Shown here in pieces: positions 1 through 14,533 of a stretch of DNA of 64,000 bases; the first letter of the stretch is position 1, and each line of letters begins with the position of its first letter. The stretch comes from the human T2T-CHM13v2.0 reference genome, Homo sapiens. Both the position numbers and the translations under genes were made by a program. The notes beneath the pieces are model-generated. The model was not told the origin of the DNA, did not search any database, and worked only from the letters and a program-made list of their open reading frames with translations. The DNA lies in assembly GCF_009914755.1 (NCBI RefSeq), contig NC_060925.1. One strand, given 5' to 3'.

Positions 1-615
1 ATAGGTGCTGTGAAGGTTTAGGAAAAAACAAGTGAGTAAGTTAAGTGAGACAAGCTTCTTGTTCCAAAAATATCTTGAAATACCATTGGGAAAAGAGAAT
101 CAACATGAACCAATTGAGGAATGAAACAAAGTAGTCATTAAGTGCAAATTTTTATGGTACAATCTCTGGGAGCACCAGGAATTTTTAGAGGAGGCTGATG
201 AGAAAGCTAGGAGAGCTGGGGAGACTTCTTGGTGGAGGTGTCACTGCAGTGGGGTTCTGGTAACATGCAGACCATGCTGCTGTTCTCATAGGGGGCTGCT
301 TCAAAGAGCCAGGAGAGAGAGATGGGGTCGTAAGTAAGAAAAGGGACACTCTGGAGAAAGTCCCACCACTCTGACTTGGTTTCACCCTGAGTCAGACATT
401 TTCCTGTGTACATCTCCCCTTCCCATTCCCCTCCGAAAGTCCAGAGCGAAACTGGGTGCTTGTGATGAACACTCAAGTTCAGACTAGGCCAGGTTAGAAC
501 CTTGTGAGCCCTGACCCTGCAGCTCACACTCCCGACTGGACTCCAAAGATGAGAATTCCACCCAGAGTTGGGGACAATTCCCTGGAGCCTTTGGTCTTTC
601 TCTGGTTCTAAGTGA

Positions 616-642
616 GGGGCCAGGGGCCAGGATGGGGTGGGG
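616..642 (+). other. Putative G-quadruplex motif (four GGGG tracts)
   Basis: GGGG-cca-GGGG-ccaggat-GGGG-t-GGGG. Confidence 0.6.
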
Positions 643-940
643 TCAGAGGAGAGTAACCAGGGAATATGGCATGACAGCACAACTGGAAGGGACTGGTATT
701 ATTCAATCCGGAGAACACAGGAAGATGAAATAAAAATGATTCTTAATTACATCAAAGCTCTTATACAGTGAGAGGCTGGTGAATTGTGCTGTTTTCTCTG
801 AAGGCATTTGAATAAATCAAAAGGGCCATTATAAAACAGTCAGAAAGTTTGGGGTTAGCACTGTTGGGCTTCCTCCCAACCTTTGACATGACCTGACACC
901 TTGGCACAATCCACCTACGAGGGGACCTTTAGGATTTTCC

Positions 941-1014
941 TAGGGTGGCCAACCATCCCAGTTTGCCCAGGACTTTCAGTGCTAAAACTGGGATGGTCCT
1001 GGGCAAACCAGGGA
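941..1014 (-). mobile_element. MER81-like hAT-Blackjack MITE, internally deleted
   Basis: tagggtggccaaccatcccagtttgcccaggac terminus with inverted ...gtcctgggcaaaccaggga; resembles recalled MER81 consensus. Confidence 0.6.
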
Positions 1015-1279
1015 CCAAGAACACCTCTCGTATACTTACCTTCTCAGTTCTGCTGCTCCTCCTGGCCCTGGCTCAGGTGTGGTCCCCTCTAGCACTGCCC
1101 AAATAAGGGAATTGTGACCTCTCCAGATGGAAGAGGGTAGTCCCAAATTGAACTGAGAGGGAATTTGCCCAAGAGCACATGATCCGATGGATCAGGACAG
1201 ATTCCTGGTCATAGCTGGAACCCACTGTGCCTTGCAGCCCACTATGGAGGGCACCAAGAGAATAAAACTGGAATAGTGA

Positions 1280-1633
<354 letters not shown>

Positions 1634-1892
1634 GAAAATGAATCTATTCTTGTGCCCAATTACCCCAGGGCAGGAAAACAGCCCCTGACAAAATGAGCAG
1701 ATCCGCAGACTCCATCTTTCTCATTCTCACACGAGTGAACTTAGTCACGAATCTCGTGGCTCCTGGGAGACTTGTCAGGCACAGTTTCTGACAGTTAACA
1801 AGACTGACTTTCTGCTGACAGAACTTACTTTTTAAGGGACCAAATTTCTTTGGAAAGTTTTAATTTTATCTTAAACAGACATAAGTTTTTTA

Positions 1893-2208
1893 ATTTTTTA
1901 AATTTTATTTATTTACTTACTTATTTTTAGACAGTCTCACTCTGTCATCCGGGCTGGAGTGCAGTGGTGCGATCTCAGCTCACTGCAACCTCCGCCTCCT
2001 AGGGTTCAAACGTTTCTCCTGCCTCAGCCTCAGAGGTAGCTGGGATTATAAGCACCTGCAACCATGTCTGGCTAATTTTCATATTTTCAGTTGAGATGGG
2101 GTTTCACCATGTTGGCCAGGCTGGTCTCGAGCTCCTGACCTCAAGTGATCTATCCGCCTTGGCCTCCCAAAGTGCTGGGATTACAGGAGTGAGCCACTGC
2201 GCCCGGCC
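1893..2208 (-). mobile_element. Alu (AluSx/Sz-like)
   Basis: Full dimer ending ...gcccggcc at 2208 with degenerate T-rich tail. Confidence 0.95.
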
Positions 2209-2239
2209 TGATTTTATTTTAATTGAGTAATTTTAATTA

Positions 2240-2450
2240 CACTTAAGCATTTCTAAATGCTTGGCAACATGCTGAGTACTTCATTTGAATTATTTTACTA
2301 AACTCTCGCAATAATCCTATAGGTAAAGTGCCAATGTTTTCCCTGTATTTGCAGGTGAAGAAACTCAGGTCAGGGAAGAGATCACAAGGCCAGCAAGCTG
2401 GGAATCAGCCAGTGAGTCTGGCTCCAGAGCCCAAGTTTTGAACTGTGCCG
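2240..2450 (-). mobile_element. MIR
   Basis: Core-like tttgcaggtgaagaaactcaggtc...gtctggctccagagccc. Confidence 0.65.
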
Positions 2451-2647
2451 TGGGCCTGAGTTAACTTGTCGGCTGAAATGAGTTTTAGAGATTCTGGATT
2501 TTACTTTGATGTCCAAGAGATACCCTCTATTTATAGTTGGCTTCAGCAATCAAGTTAATAACCAATGACAATTATATTTAGCTAATTTTATTAGAAACTA
2601 TCAACAATCCTAAAAATAGTCTCTGTTGGTGATCATGTTGATTCTCA

Positions 2648-3050
<403 letters not shown>

Positions 3051-3404
3051 TGATTTTGAACAATTTAAGATTACACTGGGGATGAGACTTTACTAGTTTA
3101 AATGCTATTTTTCATGCATATAATTGAAAGGAACCAAGCTTAGGCTGTCAGAGGAGATGAGAGAGTGATTTGGGACCTGAGTGCTCACTTCAGGAAACTC
3201 ACAGCTACATCCTCCATGCTTCGACTTCAAGTTCCCAGACAGGATGCAGGAGAAGGAACTCGGCTGGTGCAGGCCTTTAGTTTGAAAAATTTTCAATGGT
3301 TTGAGCCAAACCAAGCACCCCAGATTACATGCCAGTGATAAAACTTAACTGGATTGTCTAAAACAGTCTAGTCTCTGGGAAAGCCTAAAGTTTTAAGACT
3401 CGGC

Positions 3405-3660
3405 ATGACTATGTGTCAGATCCTACACAGGGGACAAGGATGTAAAGCCAAATAAGACATAGTCCCTGCTTCCAAAAACCATACAAGAACTTGTTTCCTC
3501 TGAGGGGAGCATGCACATAAACAAATGAAACAATGCAGCTGTGACTAAGATTTGTCCTGGCCCTAGGGGAGCAGATGGGAGGGCCTCCTAAACCAGCTCA
3601 GGGGTGAGAAGGCTTGGGATTAGGGAGAGTATTCTGGAGGAAGGGGGCCTGAGCTGAAAT
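3405..3660 (-). mobile_element. L2 fragment
   Basis: actatgtgtcaga...aaataagacatagtccctgcttcc, typical of L2 3' region. Confidence 0.5.
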
Positions 3661-3704
3661 ATGCACTTGGCCCATCTTGGAGCATCTGTAGCTACCCAGA
3701 GTTA

Positions 3705-3942
3705 AGAGTAGTGAAGAGCTTGGGCTCTGAAGTCAGCTGGAACTGAGGCTGAATCTTGGCTCTGCCAGTTATTAGCTATGTGACTTAGGTGAGCTACTTG
3801 TCCTCTCCAAGTCTCAGTTTTCTGATCTTATAGGAAGATGATAATACCAACTTTTTTGGAGGTATTGTGATGAATCAAATAATGTACGTGAAGCTCTTAG
3901 CTTCACAAGAAGTGCTCAATTGATGGCAATGTTATTGTTGTT
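3705..3942 (+). mobile_element. MIR
   Basis: gggctctgaagtcag...ttggctctgcc...tgtgactt...tctcagttttctgatct...gtgctcaat. Confidence 0.75.
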
Positions 3943-3965
3943 ATATGTTTGTCTAAGAGTCCCAT

Positions 3966-4556
3966 TGTTATAGGACCAACAGGTTCATGTGCTCCCTGTG
4001 CAGTAATAGACCAATACACTGAGACAGCAATGTTTGCAGCAGAGAAAGAGTTTAATGATTGCAAGGCAGCCAAGAAAGGAGATGGGAGTAGACCATCACA
4101 TTCATCTTCTGGAGGATTTTTGAGCTGAGGTTTACAAGATAATTGTGGAGGGCAAGGGGCTGGAAAACTGGGGTTGTGGATTGGTTGGGGTAAGGAGGAT
4201 GAAATTATTAGGATGTGGAAACTGCATTCTTTGTGAAGTCAGTTTCTCATGGGGTCCTTCAGACCAGCTGATGTCAGTAGTGTCACATGGTGTGCAGGAC
4301 CTAAAAGAATATCTCAAATAGAAAAATTAACATTTCATAATGTTCAAGTTGTTATCTATAGAGCAGTGATGGGGAACTCTAATCTAGGCTCCATGTGATT
4401 CTGAGGCAATAGGCATCAAACAGCTCTGAGGAAGTGGGCTAGAGAGCAGGCTGGCCTCATGATGAATGCTGAGTGTGCTGCAAGCTGGATTTATTTTCAT
4501 TTCTCTCCCCCTCTTCTTCCATGATTAACTTTATAAAGTTTATAGGGATGGTTTCA
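3966..4556 (-). mobile_element. Solo ERV1 LTR (LTR26-like)
   Basis: TG...CA termini; 4-bp TSD ccat (3962-3965, 4557-4560); minus strand begins TGAAACCATCCCTATAAACTTTATAA. Confidence 0.85.
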
Positions 4557-5919
4557 CCATGTGATGGCTGCTGGGCAGGAGCTCAGTCTCCTGTGTGGGC
4601 AGCCAGGGCTGTAATTTCAGAAGAGTCAGAGTCACCAGATCCCTCTGGAGCCCCTAAGCCCCTCCTTTATCCTCTCTTGATGTTAGAATGCTATTGACAC
4701 AAGACAAAGCCTTCCATTTTGTAATCCCATGAGCATTAACCAGGAAGCCATCCAGGAGAACACAATTTCAGAGGATAAATCTGCTCCAGGCTTTTTTTTT
4801 CCTCAAAGCAGTTTCTGCAGAAACGGTGTTACTACCACGTGGGTCATGGTGGAAGGTGGAAAGACAGGAAAAGAATGAGGAGAAAGAAAGTTGGGGACAC
4901 AGAATCAAAATTCCCCTGGATTTGTCCAGGTATATGCTTGGTGGTAGTGTGCTTGGGAGGAAAACAGACGTGGGAGCTGGCAGGGTCACTCCCTGGATGG
5001 CTTGGTGGACTTGTGCTCCTGGCTGCCAGTCAGGTCACATCCTAGGGTCCTGCAGCCTGAGCAAGTGGCCAGCTCAGTGGGGGCTGGGAGTCTGGGCTCC
5101 TTGGGATGCTCCCTTGCTTATCTTGCTCCCCTTGGCCAGGCCCATTTCCTCATTTTTCCAAAGCTGGAGTCCAGGGATATGGGGACAGACCGGTCAGACA
5201 GTGGCTCCTTCAGCCAAAGATTCTGTTGCCAACAGAAGCCTGAAGGATATGATACCAAAGGGCTGGGCAGGGGTGTGGGTTTTTCCTGATGGCAGCCTTG
5301 GGCATCGATTTATCTAATTTCTTTGACATTTTCTTCCAGTATTTCCCCCTCTTGGGGTAAAAGATTTCCCTGAATCACTGGTATTGCTTTCCTGCAATGG
5401 ACTCTAGGGTATTGGCCAGTGACTCGCAAATTGCAACTGAACCAAGAAGACCTCATTTCTGGGGTGGCACTGTCCCAGTGAAGATCCTGGTCCTGCCCAT
5501 GTCACTATCTCTGTCAATTCCCAGTCCTGACCTTCTGGTCTTTCATTCTCATACAGCCTTAAGTTGTGCCGTAACACCTCTCTCCACTTGGAGTTGATTG
5601 CTTTTCTGTCCTTTGAGGCCAAGTGGAGTTATATAAATCACCCATTGCAGGTGAGCAGGAACAATATTTTACTGGAAGGGCTGACCTGTATCCAAATAGC
5701 CATGTCTAAGATGCAAAAGTGGTGGATAAAAATAAGCCATGCTCATTAGATGGCTCCCTGCCCTATATAGCTGCTCAAAAACCTACGTCTTGTTCTGTCC
5801 AAGTGTAAATAGTCTCCCTATTTAGAAATGGCACAGTGGGAGGTAAATGAATTGGCTAGGAGCAACCAGTCATAACGCATCACGTTGAGAAGCTTAAAAA
5901 CTCTTTATGTGAAAAATAC

Positions 5920-6150
5920 TAATGCTGTGAGTTGCTAAAAGCCAGGCTGTGTGCTAGGAGCTTTACATACATTATCTTATTTAATCCTCCCACCAACTCT
6001 GCAAGGTTCTTCTTATTCTATTTTACAGATGAGGAAAGTAGGCTCAGCGAAGTTAGGTTAAGCTTGCTCAGGGTCATGCAGATAGTGATAGTGAAATTGG
6101 CAATCAAATATTGGTCACTCTTGTTGGGACAAAGCCCAGTGTTCTTCTCA
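5920..6150 (-). mobile_element. MIR
   Basis: ttttacagatgaggaaagtaggctcag...cttgctcagggtca core. Confidence 0.8.
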
Positions 6151-6633
6151 CTGGACCTCACTGCTAGGGATTGGCCAGGATGGTGAGGTTATCAGGTGCA
6201 TTTAGAGACCTGGTCTCTTATTATTGTCAAATGACTCTTGGTCTGATCCTTGGCTGAAAGGTGTTCTGCAGTGAGGCTGCTTCTATGGAGAATAAAGCTT
6301 GAAATTAAATTCCCTCTTGCCATGGTCATGTCCATCCCTGGCTTCCCTGGATCTCAGCCCGTTGGCAGGGCTCCTGTACCCTAAATGATGGCCCAGGTGG
6401 TAATGACACTATTGTACCCTGCCTGCCTCTATGCACTGATCTTTCCTGGATTTCCTAATGAGAATGGCCATTGGGATTTTGAAGCAGTCCGATAAATAGT
6501 GCCCGTATTCCCTGTCCATATTCTGAATCAGAAATAAGGCAGAGAGTAAGGAAGCTGTAGGCCAAATCTCATCTTAGTATAAATAAGTGCTAGATTGGAG
6601 AATGTAGTTTACTGCAGGAGCAAAATGAATTTC

Positions 6634-7594
6634 TGTTGCAGGGGAGTAGGAAACAAAATCCAAGATGAAGGTTGGCTTGCAGAGGTTTATTAGGAGTCCT
6701 TTTGGGATCTATACCAATAGGAGGGGAAGGAATGGAAGCAGGATTGGCAGAGGGAAAAGTCAAGCAGTGCTGCAGTCTTATCAAAGATCTCAACCGATTC
6801 TGTGGAGCATGTTGGGTCTTTATACTTTTTTTGTTGTTGTTTTAATCTAGTCTTCATTTTTACTGAAGTTACCATGATGAAAAACTCTCAATTGTTATCC
6901 TAGGGTTACTACAAACAACAGATCCTGGCTATGACCACTGCACCAATTGCCAGCTACTATGAGGCAATGACTTACAATCCTTCTGGCTTTAAAAAAATTA
7001 TTAACTAAAAAAAATGCTAATACTGCTATATGTGAATATTTTAGTTTGAAATAGTATCTGTTCATATTTTACTTTGGAAGATGACTCTCTGACACCCTCC
7101 TAAATTAGTTATACCGTCTTCTTTATTTGCAGCACTCACAGTTGTATTTATTACTTTTTTCATTCACAAATAAAAATTTTATACATTTCTTGTGTACAAC
7201 ATGATATTTTGAAATATGTATACATTGTGGAGGGGCTAAATCGAGCTATTTAACATATGCATTACCTCACGTACTTACCATTTTTTGTGGTAAGAACACT
7301 TAAAATCTACTCTCTTAGCGATTTTCAAGACTCCAATAGATTGTTATTAATGAAAGTCACCATGTTGTACAATTGTTCTCTTGAATCTTTATACTTCTAT
7401 ATGGGCTGGTCATTGGGTTCAGGCTGCTTCTGAAAAGGAGGTGTGACCTGGGGAGGCAGCAATCTTTGGTCAAAGGCAATTCCCAGAGAGGGCTATTCGC
7501 TGAGGGCTGTCAGCCAGCAGCACTCACCATGGAGGGAGAGAAGACCTTCAGTCCCCAAGATGGATCTTGGAGGCTCATGACAGCATTCACTGCA
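6634..7594 (-). mobile_element. LTR16-like ERVL LTR, split by an insertion at 6828-7385
   Basis: ggaagcaggattggcagaggga... (6634-6827) resumes as ggtcattgggttcaggctgc...ggcaattccc...cagcattcactgca (7386-7594). Confidence 0.7.
7156..7385 (-). mobile_element. L1MA 3' end fragment (5'-truncated)
   Basis: ttttgtggtaagaacacttaaaatctactctcttagcgattttcaag, typical L1MA 3'UTR. Confidence 0.85.
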
Positions 7595-8688
<1,094 letters not shown>

Positions 8689-8909
8689 TGACAGCTTTAT
8701 TCTTAAGAGGAAAAGGGAGCAACTGAGCCAAGCATTTCCAATTTGCTCTTCCCAAGTTAATCGATGAGGTATCACACGACTTTCCCTGTGGCAGAGTGAG
8801 TGCAGTGGTAGAGAGATGCTGACAGTGTTGTGCTAATGGGGCTCCCTCCACTTGGAAGGAAACAGCAAGAATTGTGAAGAATTTTCTTTCTTCAAAAGCT
8901 CCAAAGTGT

Positions 8910-9130
8910 TGTTTATTGAGCACTTACTCTTTGCCAAGCTTCCTGCTCAGTGTTTTTCTTATCTTCACAACAGTCCTTTGAGGTGGGGGCTATTTTTGCC
9001 TCCAGTTTATTGATGATTAAGTAAAGTACAGGGAAGTAAATAAATTGGCTGAGAGTCTAACCCAGTCAAGCCCCCAGTCAGGCCCCCAGGCCTGGATCAA
9101 CAATGGTTGACCCAGGCTCCGAACCACTAA
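8910..9130 (-). mobile_element. MIR
   Basis: tttattgagcacttac...ttcacaacagtcctttgaggt. Confidence 0.55.
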
Positions 9131-9154
9131 TTTAGTAGCTCTTTTGCCGGTTTG

Positions 9155-9975
9155 CTTAGGAATCATCTGGGGTAGTTTGTGATAACTCAGATCCTGGACC
9201 CACCTTCAAAGATTCTGATGGGCTTGAGGCAAGGCCCAGAAATCTGAATTTTTTAAAAAAATTCAATTTAATTTAATGTTAAGTTCTGGAATACATGTGC
9301 AGGACGTGCAGGTTTGTTACATAGGTAAACATGTGCCATGGTAGTTTGTTGCACCTATCAACCCCATCACCTAGGTATTAAGCCCTGCATGAATTAGTTA
9401 TTTATCTTGATGCTCTCCCTTTCCCTGCACCCCCCATGACAGGCCCCAGTGTGTGTTGTTTCCCTCCCTGTGTCCATGTGTTCTCATTGTTCAGCTCCCA
9501 CTTATAAGTGAGATCATGCAGTGTTTGGTTTTCTGTTCCTGCGTTAGTTTGCTGAGGATAATGGCTTCCAGCTTCATTCATGTCCCTGCAAAGGACATGA
9601 TCTTGTTCCTTTTTATGGATGCATAGTATTCCATGGTGTATATGTACCACATTTTCATTATCCAGTCTATCATTGGTGGGCATTTGGGTTGATTCCATGT
9701 CTTTGCTATCATGAACAGTGCTGCAATGAACATATGAATGCATGCATCTTTATAATAGAATGATTTATATTCCTTTGGGTATATACCCAGTAATGGGATT
9801 GCTGGGTCAAATGGTATTTCTGGTTCTAGGTCTTTGAGGAATCACCACACTGCCTTCCACAACGGTTGGCCTAATTTACATTCCCACCAACAGTGTAAAA
9901 GCGTTCCTATTTCTCCAGGAATCTGAATTTTTAACAGGTTCCTCTTTATCCCTCTGCCAGGAGAATATGATTTAA
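9155..9975. mobile_element. MER5-type hAT-Charlie MITE interrupted by L1PA
   Basis: gaatcatctgggg...agattctga...aatctgaattttt, resuming aatctgaatttttaacagg after the L1. Confidence 0.6.
9254..9917 (-). mobile_element. L1PA10/11-like 5'-truncated 3' fragment
   Basis: L1 3'UTR and ORF2 end; TSD aatctgaattttt at 9241-9253 and 9920-9932. Confidence 0.92.
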
Positions 9976-10609
9976 GTGACATGACTTCCATCCTTTGAGA
10001 AATACTTCATGATACTATACTTTCTTCTCATGTGTAAGCCCAGGGCATGAAAATGAATAATTGCTACCCAATAATTGGGCATCTTTTCTGTTTCCACTGC
10101 TGGAAGGAGGGGCAGATGGGTTGGAGGAGCACAGTGTGAGGATAGGCAGGCTCAACTTGCTTATGGAGCACAGATCACCAAAGATAATGCAGCACACCGT
10201 TGGCAGAGGGCTAAACCATGTGGCTCAGACTGGAAACACACTGAGAATTTAGAAAATGGAGCCACCACTTTAGTGGGACCTGAGTGGTCAGCGAAGGAGT
10301 TAGTAGGCGAGCTGGGCTGGTGAAGGGGATACAGCAAGTGGGAGAAGGACAAGGAGGAGCTACTTGGAGAATATGTCTAAGGGAAGAAGGTTAGACGTGG
10401 GGAGCTGGAAGAACAGATGTGATATGGGAAGAAGAAGAAGCAGAGACACATGAGATCATGCTGGCAGTAAGCAGGTGCACAGTAGCACGGGGGTGTCAGC
10501 CTCCTCATTGTGGAAAGCATGAGCCTTAGCCCCAGAAGAGCAAGAAACATCCACAGACAGCCTGAGAAACCATGAAGACCAAAGAAGGGACAATGGAGCA
10601 GCAGCATCC

Positions 10610-10700
10610 AGTGGATGTTCAACAAGCATGTATTGCGCGTCAGGCATCGAGCCAGTACTTACGATGCAGAGAGGACTAAGACTCTGTTCCCACTCTCCAT
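10610..10700 (-). mobile_element. L2 3' end fragment
   Basis: ttcaacaagcatgtattg...aagactctgttcccactctc. Confidence 0.4.
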
Positions 10701-13317
10701 AAGACACTACCAAAGTGTAGAGTTAGGGAAGACAGCTTCAATGTGTTCATTTCTTTCATATATTTAACTAAGCTTTTTTTTAAGTTTTATTTTCTAAGCA
10801 CATAAGGCAGACTTTGTTAGCTTTGAGGGGAATCTGTGCTGGGTAGGGAGGTGGTAAGAAAAGGATGAAAAGAGAAACAGTCTTTTCTCCAAGCAAGTTA
10901 ATGCTTGAATAGGGGGAATAAGACATAGTAGGATGTAGACACTAAGACTGGATTCTAATCTTCTGGGATTCCAAGTTCTTCTGCATGAGCTTAATGACAA
11001 TGAGATTGCTTGTGACTTCACTCCTCGCCTTGACCACACAGATGGAAGGTTTTGGCTGTGTTAGGTCAATGCATGGGGAAAGGTGTCAGCTTCCCCACCG
11101 TGCAGTCAGTGTTGTGCAAAAGCAGAGGCAGGATCTGAGGGCAAGACAAACTGGGGGCTCCTGCTTGATTGTCTCACCTGCCCCTCTTTGGCAGCGGGTT
11201 GTGTCCCTGGCCTTTTAGACCTAAGCAGAGAGGGAATTTCAAGTCAGGTGGCGCCTGTACAGTCTATGGAATAGGTAGTTAATGAGGTCTGGAGTTGATG
11301 TTGCCTTCCTCTCCTTCTCTGATCACTTTCATGTCACTCACCCATCCCAGATGCCATGGTGTTCTCAATGCCCCAGTTCTGGGGTTTCCTGCCCCACTCC
11401 ACCTTTCCTTTCCTGATCCTCAAGAAAACTGACTTCTTTTCCTAAGCCCCCCGTCTCCACTTTGTGAGGGGCATTCTGAGCATGGAGGCTAATCAATATG
11501 TTCTCAGTATCCAATGGAAGCCTAACGTGCCACCTCTTCCAAGGGCAGTGCATTTTAACTCAGACCCAACGCCCCAACCAAATGAAAGATCTCTAATCTG
11601 GAATTTTCAACAATGGGGCTGGTGGGTCAGGGTGCACCAGATCTCAGGAGGTTTATCCAGAAGACTTTCAAGTGCCCCAAGAGGCTGAGTGGTCCGCCAA
11701 GTGCCTGCATGTGTGCAGTCAGGAAGCTTGAGTCTGGGTTCTGCCTGGGGCAAGTCACTACAACTCCCAGAGCCTCATTTCTGCTATTCGTAAAATGGAG
11801 AAGACACCTCCTATGATATCAAGTCACTGACTTGTTCCCAGGTAAAAATGAGATGGAAAGCTGTTTTGTGAACCAAAATGCATGCTTTTGTTACAGTGCG
11901 GGGATGCTGGCTGGCAACGGCTGTGAAGTGCAAGGCTGGGGGAGGCAAGAGGGTGCTGGTGGGAGGAGAGCTGCAGAAGCAGAGTAATCTGCAGAGCTAA
12001 AGCAGGCTGTGCAAGGAAGGGGCAGGTGGCCTTTCCAGAAATCTGTACAAGGCTGTCTAATTGCACACAGAATGGGATTTAATGCAACCTGCATGACAGT
12101 TCCCTGCCTCCAGCCCCTCCTTCCATCACCCCTGCAGCTGATGGAGAAGTTGAGTTTAGGAATTAAAAGGGTGATTTTGCAGGAGCAGAAGTTATTTCTG
12201 CTACCATGTCTCTTATCATTAAAAAAAGAATAGAGAAACTTCCAGAAACGTTATTTTGAGGAGAGGGGCTTGGTTCACCTGCTGACAATGAGGCAGTGAG
12301 AAGAAGACACTAGAGAAGGCAGCTCTACATGCACTGTAGGCCTGAAGGACCCCACAAGACTGCCCGCTTGGGCTGACCTTAGCAAAGACTGGACCAGCTT
12401 GGTAATTATTCAGAGACTATTAAGTGCATGTTGCCTGTGGATTAATTAGCTTAGAAGAATGAAGGAATTAAGTGGCATCTTAACATGATGGGAGGCTTTA
12501 CGGTATTATGAACCACAATTAATCTAGCCTCTCTGGTAAATTTGTAAGCACACTTAGCAAATAATTGCATCCAATTATAATTGCAATTATGGCTGGAGGT
12601 AGCTGCAAGTGGTCTTAATACAAGCAAGTCCCAGTCTCAAGGATGTGTAATTCACATCAAATAGGGCATTTCAGACCCAGTGGGGCTGGGGGAAGGAGGA
12701 GGGGAAGAGCAGGAGGAATTGAACAAGGATGCAAGAGAGAAAAATGAAGAAACAGAGAGGGCATAACAATGTCCTTTCCTCTGCTGATTGAAATTCACTA
12801 CAGAAGCAAAGAAACTGTGAAAACAGATGGAAATGCAGAGTAGACAATAAAGATTTAATCCCCAAATGAAATTAGTGAGTGGATCTTCCATCACAATGAA
12901 CACAATGAACCTGTATTGACCTCTGAATTAATTTTCATCTCAGTTGAAGAAGCACTTGTTCTTTACCAGCTATCCAGAGACGACACACACAGTTGCCTTC
13001 ATTTGGGTTGTGTTGATCCCAGGTTTCTGGAAAGCTTGTCCTTAGTCACTTCAAAGGATTATAGTTTCTACTTTTTGACACTCGAAGAATAATCCGTTCA
13101 GCAGGGCGAAGAGAAAACCTTGCTGACTACAATCAGACAATGTTGTTAAAAGTCCTTCCAATAAGCTGTCTCATTTAAAGCTACATGAAACCTGAAGAAA
13201 AGGGCTGATAAATTTGGAACATACGGTCTTTCCACTGTGTCCAGCATGGGTAACAATGATGCCCTAGTAATACCTTAAATTATAAAGGGATTTCTCCTTA
13301 GGAAGATGTTTAGAGCT

Positions 13318-13501
13318 AGTGGTTTCCACCATTAGAATCACCCAGAGAGCAAAAAAAAAAAAAAAAAAAAAAAAAGCCAAATGCCCCCACAGCTCCACTC
13401 CTCAAAGATTTTGATTTGATTGATGTAGGGTAGGTTGCGAGCATGGGTATCTGTTAATCTGCCCAGATGGTTTTTTATACAGCTGAAGTAGGGAAATGCT
13501 G
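13318..13501. mobile_element. MER5B-like MITE with internal A25 run
   Basis: agtggttt...attagaatcaccc...agattttgattt; A25 at 13351-13375. Confidence 0.6.
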
Positions 13502-13529
13502 ACTTATAGAGTTTACATGACTGCAGTTC

Positions 13530-13667
13530 CTTATTGCAGAGGCTGGGCTCACCCTTAGACGTTGATATTTAGTAGGTTTAGGGCGGGCCTGAGGATCTGC
13601 ATTTCTAACAAGTTCCAGGGTTGTGGTGATGCTGTTGGACCTAAGGAACTCTCTTTGAGAACCACTG
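13530..13667. mobile_element. MER5A-like MITE
   Basis: ctgcatttctaacaagttcc...ctttgagaaccactg terminus. Confidence 0.75.
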
Positions 13668-13969
13668 TCCTATAGTATTGTATATGGACCCTGGCCCTTC
13701 AGCTTTCTGATGGTTAAACGTGGCCATGCCCAGTGGCCTGCAAAGGTGAACTATGGCTACGGTTCCAGCACCACTTTGGATCCTCCCTGAGTTGCTCCAA
13801 ATTGACTTCTTTTCTCCTCTGGGTTCTACCTGGCTCCTGACCCATGGCATCCTTTCCCGCTGACCAGCAGCGTTTGGCTTTTGGCTTGGCTTCCCTGGCT
13901 TAGACTCTCTCAGCACTTCTTCAGGTGTTGGCTTGTTCATTCCCCTCTGACTCTGCTCCTGGATGGCTA

Positions 13970-14533
<564 letters not shown>

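Noticed and set aside
4826-5317. 163-aa ORF in unique DNA
   Set aside because: Non-ATG start, Trp/Gly-rich composition, no recognisable domain or exon structure; consistent with chance
11240-11256. CTCF-like motifs (aagtcaggtggcgcc; also 18557 ccactagaggct)
   Set aside because: Only partial matches; not supportable without a PWM scan or ChIP data
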